Origin: Blepharisma stoltei ATCC 30299
Taxonomy: Eukaryota; Protista; Ciliophora
NCBI GenBank assembly: GCA_965603825.1
Contig: CBFDEM010000048.1
Span: 124,001 to 188,000, forward strand
Length of the DNA stretch: 64,000 nt
Direction: 5' to 3'
The translations under genes and the position numbers were made by a program. Under the pieces are notes generated by a model. The model saw nothing but the letters and a program-made list of their open reading frames with translations. It was not told where the DNA came from and did no database searches. Every line of letters begins with the position of its first letter. The first letter of the stretch is position 1. Positions 12,403 to 24,744 of the stretch are shown here, in pieces.

Positions 12403-15400
12403 TTAAGCTTCTAAAACTAATTGAGAAGCTGAGAAACGCGCCTTAGTTTTTGAATGTTCATCTGGAGCTACGAAGAATTGTACTTCTGAATATGAGGCGT
12501 TACAATTTGAAGAAGCATTACCTTGAACTCGTGGTAGCATCTTCAATTCATTTATATCAGTGGCTAAAACTTTGCCTCCTAAGATAAACTTGAATAAAAC
12601 TCCCATTTCGATTCCTTTTTCTGTAGTCAATAAATTTGGGAATTTAAAATTTTGTAATAGCATCCCAACAAACCCCAAAATACTCCACCCAGCCACTAAT
12701 GCAATTTCCCAGAAGAAATTATTTCCATCATTGACAATGGAATAAACACTTGAAACTGCATTGCTCCAAATTACAGCAAAAACTGCTATAATAGCCCACA
12801 TATTCATTCGTGGATAATTATAAATCCTTACTTTTCAGTATAAAAAAGCAAGGACAAGTAGCATAAAGGAATAAATCAAGCCCCCTAAGGCTTTATCTAT
12901 CAAAAACACATTTCTATTGACTCCAATCATTATAAAATACAAAGCTGATTTGTAGACTGCTACTTTTGGATTTATAATAATATTGAAAATTGGATGAAAA
13001 AGCTGTCATGAAGGCTGAAAATAAATAACAAGAGTCATATATATAATTAAAATAGTAAAGCACAGTAAAGAAATCGCTAAATGAAACCCTGACCAGCAAT
13101 ACGTGTAACAATCATGAGACACAAAGCTATCAGTAATAGAGCTCCCCGCCCTCTCTTTACATAAAAATACAGATAAAACTATTGAGACTAATGGAATATA
13201 CGCAATGCTGCAAAGTAAAAGAATCCCTATTTTTGCGATTAGCTCATTAAGCTCGAAAAAGTAATGATGATGTTTTTTGCTCATTTTTTTTCATAATACG
13301 CAGGCTGAATAGGCCATAAAGCTTATAAGTGATATTACTGCATATATTTCTATTCAAAAATTATCACCAGTGATATCTAGTGGCCCACCCCAATCTGAAG
13401 ATACAAGTCTGATAGACTTGGAAATCACTATACTGTAAGATCTCATATCAGGACCAATTGCTATTAATTCTAGAGTTTCTATTCAAAGAATCGCCATTAT
13501 CAAGATGTCTCCAAATTTCATCATTTTTGGGTCACTAAGATTCTCAATTTTAACTCCTCTCCAGCGATTTTTTTGAAAAATTCCTAAAAATATTTCAATC
13601 ACAATTAAGAAGCTGACTATGGCTAAAAATATCATTTTCCCATCCAAAGAGTCTTGAACTAATCTATAATCAAATGGACAGTCGATTTGATTTGTTCTCA
13701 TATCGCTTGGAATTGTATTTATTTCACCTGGCCATGTGATTTTATTAAATAAAAATCGTTGGGTTCCAGAGATGCTATAATTTCCTACCTTTTCGTCTCC
13801 TTTTTCAGATATTTTTGAAACAGGAAGCACACTAAAAATATTTATATAAAAGTTACTTCTGCTATTGCTATCCGACTCAATTGAAACAGTCCCAGTTACC
13901 CCGACAAATCTTTGTTTTCTGATGTTGGCATTGACTGCTGAAGAATTTTCAAGGTTATCTCCTTTAGAAATGCTATAATCAATTCCATTTAAAGCTAACA
14001 TAGTTTGGTCAAAAGCAAAGCCTAAAAAATTTGATCAATGAAAGATTTGCTCGACTTGGTTTTTTATTGTTTCACCATAAGTTCCTATCCACTCAGCTGT
14101 GTGTACAGTTAAGGACCTTTGTAGTAACTCAAGAATTTTATCAATATCGGTTTCGAACCCAACAACAAGATCTGTAACAGAAATCCTATAATGATGCAAA
14201 AAGATTAAGTCACCTTTTCTCATTCCTAAATCATAAAGTGATATCAAGAGGCTTCCAAATGTTATGGGATCGACCAAGGCAATCACAATTCTGCATTTAG
14301 TGTTGATTATGTCTAAGAAAAAATCTTTGTATTTCTCAAACTGATCAATTGTATAAGTGGTGCTGAAATAATAAGACTGGTTATTAGCGATCCCTATATG
14401 CAAACTTGAGAGCTGTGTTAACGCAATTTCATATGCGCTTTGAGCTCATTCAGGTCTTTGGATAAGTACAACATTTTTTCATCCAAAAATATTTGCAAGC
14501 TCAGGAAGAAGTCCAGCTGTATATGACATTTCTTTAAGAACTGTCATAATTTCTGGGAATACTGCTTTATTGGTAAATAGAGGCATTGCACACCCATCAG
14601 ATATGATAGGAGCTGAAATGCCGAGAGCTCGAAAATCTAAGATATCTCCATAGCAAACATTATCATATAAAGAGGACAAATAAACTACTCCCATATTGGA
14701 TTTGAGCCGGCCAAAGCATGGTCTTGAGTAGGTCGGATCGTAAACACTAGCTCCACAGTCTGTCGACTGAATATTCAAATTGAAATTCCTAAGGAGTCCA
14801 GACTGGTAAGCAACGCTAAAGGCATAATGATTTCCTTGTCGGATCAAAGCAAGATAAGTGAAATCGGCGCTGCCTGGATCTGTGATACCATCAGCAAGAG
14901 AAATAGTAATACTTATTTTTGGCATGTTAGGAATTGATGTGGAGTTCCCAGGATAAACCATATCATTTTCAATCAGCAATTTCCCGTTTTTAACTTCTCC
15001 AACTTTGATTTTTTCACCATTTTGTATATTTATAATAGAAAAACTTGGCTCAGGGTGATGGCTAATAGTTTGCTTTTCCAAAATTTGAATTATTTCTTCA
15101 GTTGTATAATCTATTACCTGCAAAATCTTATCCAATATTTTTTCTAAAGCCAAATATTCAAAATGACTATCGCTTTCTGCCTTTTCAAGACCTTCTTCAG
15201 TATAAAATACCAATCCATCATTACTAAAATTCCCTCAAATGCTGTCACTTCCTAAAATGACTCCATATCCGTTTTCCAGCATCATTTTAGAGCCCAAACT
15301 TTTGATTATCATAGAAGAGCCTTGGCCACTATTAAGAATTATCATATTCCCAATTCCTTTGGCTTTAACTTCTCTTCCTATAATTAAATCATAAATATCT

Positions 15401-15909
15401 TGTGTTTCATTGTCGGTACAAAAAACAGGTGAGCCTTTGCCTTCATTTTCAAATAAAAGGACAATTGGATTTACGGCACTATTTGATACTATTATAAATG
15501 TTTCTCAATTGAAGAAGCTCACTAGTAGACTTAATGCTTGGTAATGAAAATTATAAGGAATATGACTAAAAAGTTCATATTTTCCGTAAACACCTGTAGG
15601 CTGTCTCAAATTTATATAGAGAAAATGAGCAGCTTCTGAATAAGTTTGGACTTGAAATGAGTAGAAAGTATTAAAAGTAGCGTCAATTACAAGACTTGGC
15701 AAGTGTAAGCAGCCATTTTCAATTTCACAGTCTTCAGCTTTTGTGAGAATAATCATGAAATTGTTCTGCAGCTTTTCATTTAAAGAAGCCAATAAGTCCT
15801 CTGCCAGAGTTGGGTTTGTGACTGCTGATACTAATATATCAATATTATATGCTTGGGAAACATAAAATAAAATTTGAAGCTGAAAGACGATAATTTCAAG
15901 TAAGGCCAT
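12403..15909 (-). CDS. Receptor-like membrane protein, 1168 aa: signal peptide, periplasmic-binding-protein type I (Venus flytrap/ANF-receptor-like) ectodomain(s), ~9 TM helices
   Basis: Six ORF fragments are one frame with 10 in-frame TGA and no TAA/TAG. Hydrophobic N-terminus; 'IFG(W)KNVVLI', 'FVGVTGTVSIESDSNSR' and 'ITWPG' VFT-like motifs; C-terminal hydrophobic helices. Confidence 0.8.
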
Positions 15910-16202
15910 TATTTAATTTCTAATAAAAAGAATTATTTATTATCAGAATATACATTTGATAGTTGTTAAAAACATTTTATAAATTAAGCAAAGTTTCTTA
16001 AAGTAGCATTAATAATAATTGCATGGAAAATTAATATCCAACCTAAGATTTTATTTATCACTAGCGAATCATAATAGTGAAATGACTATATAAATTAGCT
16101 CTGTTTGAAACTTTTTCTTCTATAAGAGTTTATATGATTCAGTTTTTCCAGATACATTTGTCCACTGCCAATTATAGGGTAATTCAGCCGAAAAAGGAAA
16201 AA

Positions 16203-16354
16203 AGGAGGCATACGGTTCGTACTGCTTGACACGCCTAAGGGGAGTGACTCTTCGGCAGAGCACATGCTGAAGCGAGCTAGGTGAGGTAAACACAAATAGT
16301 GAAGACTTTCTCGCCTTTTGTGGTGTGTTCTACAAGATGGCTATAGATGCCATC
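16203..16354. other. GC-rich multi-hairpin intergenic element (candidate structured RNA)
   Basis: Consecutive stems GCATACG/CGTACTGC, GTGACTCT/AGAGCAC, CACAAA/TTTGTG, GATGGC/GCCATC; adjacent purine run gives a T-run on the minus strand. Confidence 0.3.
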
Positions 16355-17159
16355 AAAATAGAGTTCTGATATTATTTCATATTGGAGATGCATCTTTTCT
16401 ATAAAATCCGAGTTATTAAGTTTAAAACTGGGGAAAATTGAGGTTAGAAAGCAGATGCAGGAGTCAACTGGACAAATATGGGTTAAATAATTGTTTTGGG
16501 AAGGGATAGATCTGAAATCATGGCAAAGGAGGGTTTATAAGAATATTTGAAGAGCTGATAGATAGAGGTGCATTTCGAGGATTGGAGGAATCATGGAAAA
16601 CTAGAACATCCTTCTGCAGCATGAATGCTGATACTTGAAAAAGGTCAAATATACAAAATTGATTCCAAAAGATATAAAAAATACGAAAGCCAAATGAAAA
16701 TGATATTTAAGAAGAGTCAGAGAAGTGAAATTGATGCTGTTAAAAATTTTGTCAAAATAGTAATGGAAAGTAAAAAATTCAGGCGCCTTGGGCGCGATCA
16801 TACGTAATTCATTACTGTGTTTTAAAACGCAAAACTGTATAAACTAATATGATTTTCTTAGAGATTTTTCTAATCTATCTCTATCTATTTTTAGGAGAAT
16901 CCGTTTTGAACCCTGAAATTTAAAATTAGATTATTCTGCTATTTAATAATTAAACTCTTGTTTATGCCTTAAGCATATGTGTTTAGTGATCATATTTAAG
17001 CTAAAATAGCATGCAATACTTAGAAATAAGTTAAACGTTTCTAATAAAAGCCTTAATCATTATTAAATAAAACAATAAAGTAATGAGTAAATAGAAATTT
17101 GCAATAGTTTTTAATATCACTTCTTTTAATATATGAGATTTTATTAAAAATTAATTGCT

Positions 17160-17726
17160 TTATGGTTTTATTAAAGCAATATACGTTTCTCTAATAGTTC
17201 TCTTTAAGCTCTCTGCTCTATCTTTGTCATTAGAAATCAGAATCAAATAAGCTTTGGTCATGACAGAGTAGTTTTCTGCTGGTCCTTTTAAATCATTTAC
17301 TATTTGATTTTTAATGCGTTCCATTCTCTTTTTATTTTCGTTTCTTTTGTCCAACCTCTCTTTAATAATTTCTGCCCGCTTCCTTAAGTAGTTGGTGTTT
17401 TGCTGCTTTTCAACTTTGAAATGATGCTCGTGTTTTGAGGCTTCTTGATCCTAAGTTGCTGTTACATTTAAGAAGTAGCGAAATTGATCGTCTAGCTTAA
17501 ATATTGTTGGGTTCCAACTCAGCGCATGGTCAACAATTTCAAATGCGCTTTTGGTGAAGGCTTTTCCTTTAGATGTGGTCATCAAATGCCTAACTGAGTT
17601 AACGTGGTCAATTAGCGCTTCTATAGGGGTATGCCCATGAGCTTTAAGGTAGTCCACTAAACATCCAACAGAAGTGTATTTATATTTCTCGTCTACGGTC
17701 AAAAAGTTTCTAGTATTTTTGTCCAT
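17160..17726 (-). CDS. Winged-helix-like family member A, 183 aa; intron 17451-17465
   Basis: 15-nt intron GTAACAGCAACTTAG joins the two ORF fragments in frame; GCLVDYL motif shared with two neighbours. Confidence 0.75.
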
Positions 17727-18835
17727 TCCTTGTTATTTCCTTTTAATTATAAACTAAAATGATATTTAGCTCTAAATATAATAAAATATACTTATATTGA
17801 TATATACTTTTATAATTTAATATTTAGCCAGCTCTGTAATATTTTATTAATTAAAAGATAGAAGCACACTTCCCTCGTGATGTTATAGATGAAAATCAGT
17901 AAAACCGTTATGCTACTTTTTCTTTTGCCTTTCTAAATAATTTTAAAGGGTTTTTTTACTTTATTTTAAACTATTGCTTGCTATTTGAATTAGGGATAAG
18001 ATAATGTGTTCAATTCGAGACCATGGTTAAATTGAAAACCATTATTAAATTCATGGAATTTTGTGATAGAAAATGAAATTTATTGGGATGGTTAAGTTTT
18101 AGGCTAGCCAACCCGATTAATCAATTATATTTTTATATTATAGCTATATCTCTTTTATTTAAGTGATGGATAGGGTCCTTAGATTTATAATTTCCTTTAC
18201 TTTTTGCTTATTATGGTCTACTAATCATTTAATTTTAGGCCAGAATTACTAATCTATGCTTTATAATAAGATTACTCTTGATAATTTTTGACTATTTTGG
18301 GCCTTTATCGATAATCATTTCTAAGTTTTGAGTTATGGTATAAAATAAACTCTAGCTATAAGATCAGAAAGTATATTCATTCTCATGCCAAAACTCATAT
18401 TCCACTAAATTTATAGTAGATCTATATTTTTCAATAAAAAACTCGCTAAATCTTAGTTAAGGGAGTAACATTCATTTTAAATTATGAAAAAACCTAAAAT
18501 ATTAATTTATTTTAAGTTCATTTTTCAAGGCTCAGTCTATTAATTAATACCATAATTGAATTCAAACCTAAAGTTTTAATATATTACCGGGAGGATTTTA
18601 ATATTAAATTTTTCAAATTATAACTAATATGAAACGGCTTAGAAAAACTCAAAATGCAATTTAAAGTTTATGTATTGTGATTTAAACAATTTTATTGCTT
18701 CTAAAATAGTTAAATATAATTTAGACAAAGAATCGAATTTATAATTGGTGAGGATCCCCAAAAATTTTCAATAAAAGCAATATGAAAATAAATAATAATT
18801 AACTCATATAAATAAAGTAAATTTTTGATTAAAAA

Positions 18836-19540
18836 TTATTTTAATGCTCTATAAAGGTCGTTGATTCTAAATTTTACTTCGGCCGCTACCATAGGATTTT
18901 CTGATGTCAGCATTGCATATGCTTTAATTAAAGTGGAGACATCTTCATTTTGGTATTCCAGCTGAGATTGGATTTTTGTTTTTATCTCTTTATGTTTATT
19001 TCTTTTCTTTTTATAATTTTCCGCCTCTTCTTGTCTAGTCATTTCCTTTTTTCTGTTTTTGCCTCTTTTGTGCAGCTTTTCATACGCATCAGCGCAGTCT
19101 TCCTAATTATCTGTTACATTTAAATAGTAGTGAAAACTATCGTTCAATAAAAATATTTTTGGTTCATTTGTAAGTGCATAATCTACCAGCTCAACTGCAT
19201 TTTTCCTGTATGGCTTGCCAGATAGGCTTTTTAATTTATGCATTTTTGTTTTTACGTGATCAATTAGATCTTCGATTCTTGTTGGGCCACGAGGTCTCAT
19301 ATAGTTAATTAAACAGCCTACAATTGTATTGTTGTATTTTTCTACGTGGTCTGTGGAGCACAGAATTTTTGGCTTTCAGGGGCTGGGATCTTCAAATTGC
19401 TCGCTTTCATCAGAAGAGGTTACATATTGCTCTTCCTGTTCAAATTTTTCTAAAGATAGGAGGAGATTTTGAGTGATATTTTGGGATTCGTTTTTATTTG
19501 GGTTTGCTATAGGTTGGCTTTCTGGAGAACATTTAACCAT
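18836..19540 (-). CDS. Winged-helix-like family member B, 229 aa; intron 19103-19117
   Basis: ATG 19540, one TGA(Trp), GCLINYM motif, intron GTAACAGATAATTAG at the homologous position. Confidence 0.75.
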
Positions 19541-20401
19541 CTTAATTAAGATCGGATGCTAGTTTTCCAAATTATAAAATTATAATTATCTAAAAGAGCC
19601 TCTATTAAAAATTATAATTTTTACTCTGATAAGCAAGTATAGGGTTTGGAAAAATTAATTTTATAGGATTATATGCAATCTAAAATGTTTTTGTAAATTG
19701 CAAACTTCAGTCTTTAGCTTTGCAGAATAACAATTCTTCAGTCTAGTGATTCTTTTTTGAACAATAATCAATAAAACTGTTCTCATTAATTTTGTCTTTA
19801 AGACCTTTTAAATTTTTTCTTGGATTTGATTAATAGAAGCTAATAGATCGAAATCTGGAATAAATACCTAGCTATCTAAATGGTTAATTTAATTTTTAGA
19901 CTCCCATATCTTTAAAATTGGATAAGCTTTTGTACACTATATATTAAAATATTAGTCCCATTAAACCATTTAAAAACAATGATTTTTTAAAGCATTTTAA
20001 AGCTCATTAAATTTTATTTTCATCTTAAATAAAACGTCTTTTAAGTTTCATCATTATAGGTAAAATTCTTATACTTTGCAAGTTTTTCCTTGATTAAGGA
20101 CAATTTTTAGCTGTTAGGAGCTAAGCTAATTTAACTTTAGAAAATTTATGTTAAGTGCAGGCGCCAGTTCGCATTGCTATTTAACAGAGAGCCATTCTAA
20201 ATAACTATTTATCAACTCCACCATACGTTTTAGTGTCAAACTCCAAAGATTCAAGGTATTATTGCCGCCTTTCAGCTTTAATATTCAATTTAATCTGTGA
20301 TCCTAACTATCTGGATTAAATTCATTTAAATTTTATAAAATCATATCGTTTTATTACTAAAAATAATAGCCTGATCATGAACTTTATTAAATATAAACCA
20401 T

Positions 20402-20944
20402 TTAACTATTATTAGCTAATTTGGTATACGCTTCATCAATTGCTTTCCTAAAATTTTCGTTTTCATTGTTTTCATCCCCTAATACCTTTTCAAGTTTCAA
20501 CAAGCTTTTGAGCACAGTATATTGAGCTTCTTCCTCTTCTCTTTGCTTTTGTTTTTCTAATTTCTTTTTCGAATAGTTAAAAATTAATGCATTTTGCTCA
20601 TTCTCAAATTCCTCTAAATTTCTGGCCTAAATAGACGTTACAATAATCGACCATTTTTCACTTTCAACAGTAAAAATCCGTCTGTTTCTGATTAGGGTTG
20701 ACCTGGTGACCTGCTCTGGAGTCTGAACATATTTTTTGCCTTTGTAGTTTCTGAGTGAGCTAATATTGGCCTCTATATGATTTTCAAGTTCACTTAAAGT
20801 TGAAGACTTGTGGATTTTTAAGTACTCGATTAAACAGCCTTCAGCAGTTGCATTAAATTTAGCCGAAATACCATAATAGCTTTCTCTTTCTGTAGAATTG
20901 CTTTGCTGATTAGATAGTTCGAATTTCTCGATCTGTCTCTCCAT
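20402..20944 (-). CDS. Winged-helix-like family member C, 175 aa; intron 20627-20641
   Basis: GCLIEYL motif, intron GTAACGTCTATTTAG, exon 2 open to TAA at 20402-20404. Confidence 0.75.
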
Positions 20945-22023
20945 TTTATTTCAGTGAAGGATAATAAGAAAATTAATGCATGTGAAACTTTTTATGAGAA
21001 TTTACTTTAAGCATAAATAATTATAATATATTTTTTTAATTTTGGCATAAAACTAAGTTTAAATTACTTTTGCAAGTAAGTGATAGAAATAGCTAATTTA
21101 ATTGACAAGAATAGCAAGCAGCACTTTATATTCTTGTAATTAAAATGATAGCTTGCAGGGAATATTATAAAACCTTTATTGATAGATTCAGAGTTCAATA
21201 ATTTCTCACCAGTTTATTTATTATCTTATAAAAGTTATTCATATTTAGATGAAACGGACATTTGTTATTCAATTAATTACTGTCAACAAAAAATCAAGCA
21301 ATAGCTTTTTTCTAATGATTTTCATTCTAAAATTGTAAATGAAAACTAAATTGTGCTTGAAAGCTTTATTATTTCTAACTCAAACTGAATTTCTCTTTCT
21401 ATGATTTTAATTTTAATTAATTCATTGAAATTAATCAAGATTACTCTTTAGTATATGCTAAACAGATTTATTTTAAAGCCAATACGATAACAAAAGGCTT
21501 ATGGTCTAAATTTTGTAAAACAGTTGCTTCAAAGAACTTCTTGGCTGAAACAAATTTTTAAATAAGTGTATATAATAAAATCAAAAATGATTTTTGTAGT
21601 TGGCATATTTTTCATATGTTTTAAATTAACAATTATAAAGAAATTTAAATTTCAATAAAAGAATTTGCTAAATGAGCAATAATTTTTCCCAATTTTGTTT
21701 TATTATCAAAGTCGTATTTATTTAATTTTAATATTTCTGAGCATATTGCTAAGGGCAAAGGATTTTTAATCAAAAGTAAGTTAGCTACAAATTTCTTAGT
21801 CATGCATTTCAAGAAAAAGCAAATTTTATCAATAATCTTGATGCAAATAGTTAAGATAAAACTTTATAAATAATATTATAATTCTTGATTTAAGCAATTC
21901 TAAATCTCATATCCTATCATTTTTCTATAAATAACTTGATTTTATATTCCTCTATAATCATTCTCAACCATGAAGCTAAATCTTCGGTAAAAGATAATAT
22001 TGGCTCTGCATTCAGTTTATAAA

Positions 22024-22386
22024 ATGGTCGAAAATAGTTGGAATTTCCAGTTCCTCCCTCCTCAAGTCGATGTGTACTCTAAAGATGAAGTATTTTCAAA
22101 CCTTATTCATTCAGCCAAAGCTTATAGCTCCTGTGCACCAGTCGTAAAGAAATTTGCTGAATGCCGTAAAAGACCAATTGGGAAAATAGTGGATCCAGAG
22201 ACTTGTCAGCCTTATGCAGAGCACTTGATTGAGTGCTATAACGAAGTTAAGGGAGTTCCTGCATCCTGCAAGACCTCATATGAGAAGGTTTTCAACTGTC
22301 TTCAGCATGGTGGTAAATGCGAAGAAGATTTAAGAGGATATTTAGATTGCAAACATCCAGCCACTTCTAAATACGAAAAGTACTAA
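22024..22386 (+). CDS. NDUFA8: Four-CX9C mitochondrial protein, probable complex I subunit NDUFA8
   Basis: Four CX9C pairs with 'DPETC' linker and NDUFA8-like size; ATG at 22024. Confidence 0.7.
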   Translation: MVENSWNFQFLPPQVDVYSKDEVFSNLIHSAKAYSSCAPVVKKFAECRKRPIGKIVDPETCQPYAEHLIECYNEVKGVPASCKTSYEKVFNCLQHGGKCEEDLRGYLDCKHPATSKYEKY

Positions 22387-22793
22387 TAGAATTTGCTGAA
22401 TAAAAAGTGCTTAACAAATAATCTGCTTTTCAAATGAGTTAAGTAAATAAATCTAGGATTTGAGAGAAAATCAGAAATTTGAGATTTGGTAAATTTTGAT
22501 TTATTTTACTTTTCCTAAGAAAATTAATCAAGTTAATTGATCTTCATAATTTAGGATTTTTATATCATGATATTTATGAAAAACTTTTTGCTATTAAGAA
22601 TTAGTCCTCAATTTATAATTAAAATGATTTTATAAAAGAAAATGATTTACTTGCATGTCTATTATGCAATTAGCATATGTTTACAAGTAGAAATCGTGTT
22701 ATTTGGGATTTATAATTATACTTTATCCTTAAATAAAGACTCAGAAAGCATATATACATAAATCTCTCCTTAATATCAAAAATGATTACATAA

Positions 22794-24347
22794 TTAATTA
22801 GACATTTTCCCTCGTCTAGAGTCTATTGGAGAAACAGCCCTTATACTTGATGGAGATATATGCCTTAAACCATATATCAATATAGGTCTTTCAGTTTTAA
22901 CCACTCTTAAAGCTGACAACGATCTTTTATGCTCATATATAGGAAGCCCATCTTGGAACAAATCAATTTCAAATTTATTTTTCATGAATGGGTTTTTCTT
23001 TACTCTTGGAATATATTTTTCTACATCTATTGTTCTGCTAAACCTAGGCAAATTTATTTCTTTATTTTTAACATTCCCAACTACACCTGTCTGTGACAAT
23101 ATCTGAGGCTTTAGCTTTAACTCTTGCTCGACCATTTTGTATAGCAAAGAGTTTGATGACTCTTTTCTTCTGCAAAAAACTTGGTTTACCATTAATGCTT
23201 CAATTTTTTTTAAAGGAGACTTCTTATTTTCTTCGAGTTTTATAATGGTTTCAGATTTTTTCAATGGGGATTTTTTGATTTCTTCACTTTTCAATAACTT
23301 TTCTTGTTCTTTTTCTCGTTTTCGTTTCCTTCTTGGTGTTAGACTTCCTTTCAGCTCTTCTTCTATAAAAGTCAGCATATTAACTCTTTCTTCAATATTT
23401 TTTACTTTATCTGTTGACCTGCTTCTAATTGCAGACCATGAATCTTCTCCTCTTATCCTCTTCAAAAAATCATTTTTCCCAATTTGTAAAGCCAAAGCAC
23501 TAGGCGATATGCAGATACATGTAGAAGATCTTACGTTATTATTTAAAACGTCCTCTTCACCAAATAATTCACCTACACCTAAAATCGAGATTTGGCTTTG
23601 GTGGGAATAATCTTTATTTAAGGATTTTATCTCTTTTGGGTATCTTGAAAGTCCTCTTTCTACTGTAATTCTTTTATAGAACGCAAATTCTCCTTGTCTT
23701 ATTAAATAAACACTATCAGCGTCTTCGCCTTCTCTATAAACAACTTGATTTTTTATATAATTTTTTTCTTTGAAATTATAAGTCAATTTAGATAATGTAC
23801 CTTTGGTGCTTTTATTGAAAATTGGCAAAGCATGCAAAAAATTTACTAATTGGTTTCTTTTTTCTCTGACAAGTTTTGAGATCATATGGTCATAGTCAGA
23901 TTTCTCTAACACTACAAAATGGGTCTGGACTTTACATTTAACAGAGGCAGCTCTTGGTTTTGAGTTTTCAAGGGCTAGTTCTCCGAATGCAGCTCCATTG
24001 CCAAGCTGGACAACTTCAACAAAAACTGACTCTCCTGTGTCTTCTTGTTTAATAGGGATTTCGATGCCAACTTTTCCTTTGATTATAATATAAAATTTTG
24101 TTCCTTTGTCTCCAAAGCGAAATAAGTACTCCCCAGCTTCACAACACTCATGCAATAGGAATCTGCAACATGTGTTGTGAGCGATTTCGCCTTTACTTTC
24201 TATTAGTTGTTTGAACACTTTAGCATGCTTTGTCATTTCCATTAGTTTAGAGAGTTCAGATTGAGTCCTTTCATTTGGTTTTTTGCTACAAATGTGTATG
24301 ACTGCTTCAATAAGCTTATCTAAATCATCATAGGAATTCTCAGTCAT
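22794..24347 (-). CDS. Tandem cyclic-nucleotide-binding-domain protein
   Basis: FRFGDKGTKFYIIIKG..FGELAL..PRAASV and a second repeat VYREGE..LFGEED..RSST. Confidence 0.88.
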   Translation of the reverse strand: MTENSYDDLDKLIEAVIHICSKKPNERTQSELSKLMEMTKHAKVFKQLIESKGEIAHNTCCRFLLHECCEAGEYLFRFGDKGTKFYIIIKGKVGIEIPIKQEDTGESVFVEVVQLGNGAAFGELALENSKPRAASVKCKVQTHFVVLEKSDYDHMISKLVREKRNQLVNFLHALPIFNKSTKGTLSKLTYNFKEKNYIKNQVVYREGEDADSVYLIRQGEFAFYKRITVERGLSRYPKEIKSLNKDYSHQSQISILGVGELFGEEDVLNNNVRSSTCICISPSALALQIGKNDFLKRIRGEDSWSAIRSRSTDKVKNIEERVNMLTFIEEELKGSLTPRRKRKREKEQEKLLKSEEIKKSPLKKSETIIKLEENKKSPLKKIEALMVNQVFCRRKESSNSLLYKMVEQELKLKPQILSQTGVVGNVKNKEINLPRFSRTIDVEKYIPRVKKNPFMKNKFEIDLFQDGLPIYEHKRSLSALRVVKTERPILIYGLRHISPSSIRAVSPIDSRRGKMSN

Positions 24348-24744
24348 TTTTAATATGCTTATTTTAATTGTTAGTGGGAAAGATTATAATTATTTTGAAA
24401 ATCTCTTATTTCAGACTGTTTGCTCAATAGGCTAGGTATAAAACTTAATTTTAAAAGAAATTTTGGCTCGATTTACCTTTTGACTTTCAACTGTAATCAA
24501 TTTCGTTATTTTTAACTTGCAAAATGCTTTAAATTGCATTTGATATAGGGTTCACTAACTCATAAAAGCTTTAAAACAATATAATTATATTCTGGAAAAT
24601 TAAACGATTTTTATACAAATTTATAAATTAAATATTAGATAGAGTGAAAGCTCCAATACTATAGAGATATAATTTGAATATAACTGATAAAGGCGTAGGT
24701 TAGATTTTTTCAAGTGAGGACCCTGAAAATTCAACTCAATCCTA

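Noticed and set aside
5320-15909. Apparent pseudogene fragmentation or selenocysteine at TGA
   Set aside because: Fragments stay in frame, TGA aligns with Trp rather than Cys, and it occurs in essential genes.
16206-16322. Resemblance to group II intron domain V (CATACGGTTC), U2 5' end (CTTTCTCGCCTTTTG) or RNase MRP CR-I (GAGAAAGTC)
   Set aside because: Each match is partial and lacks the required partner motif; kept only as a generic structured-RNA candidate.
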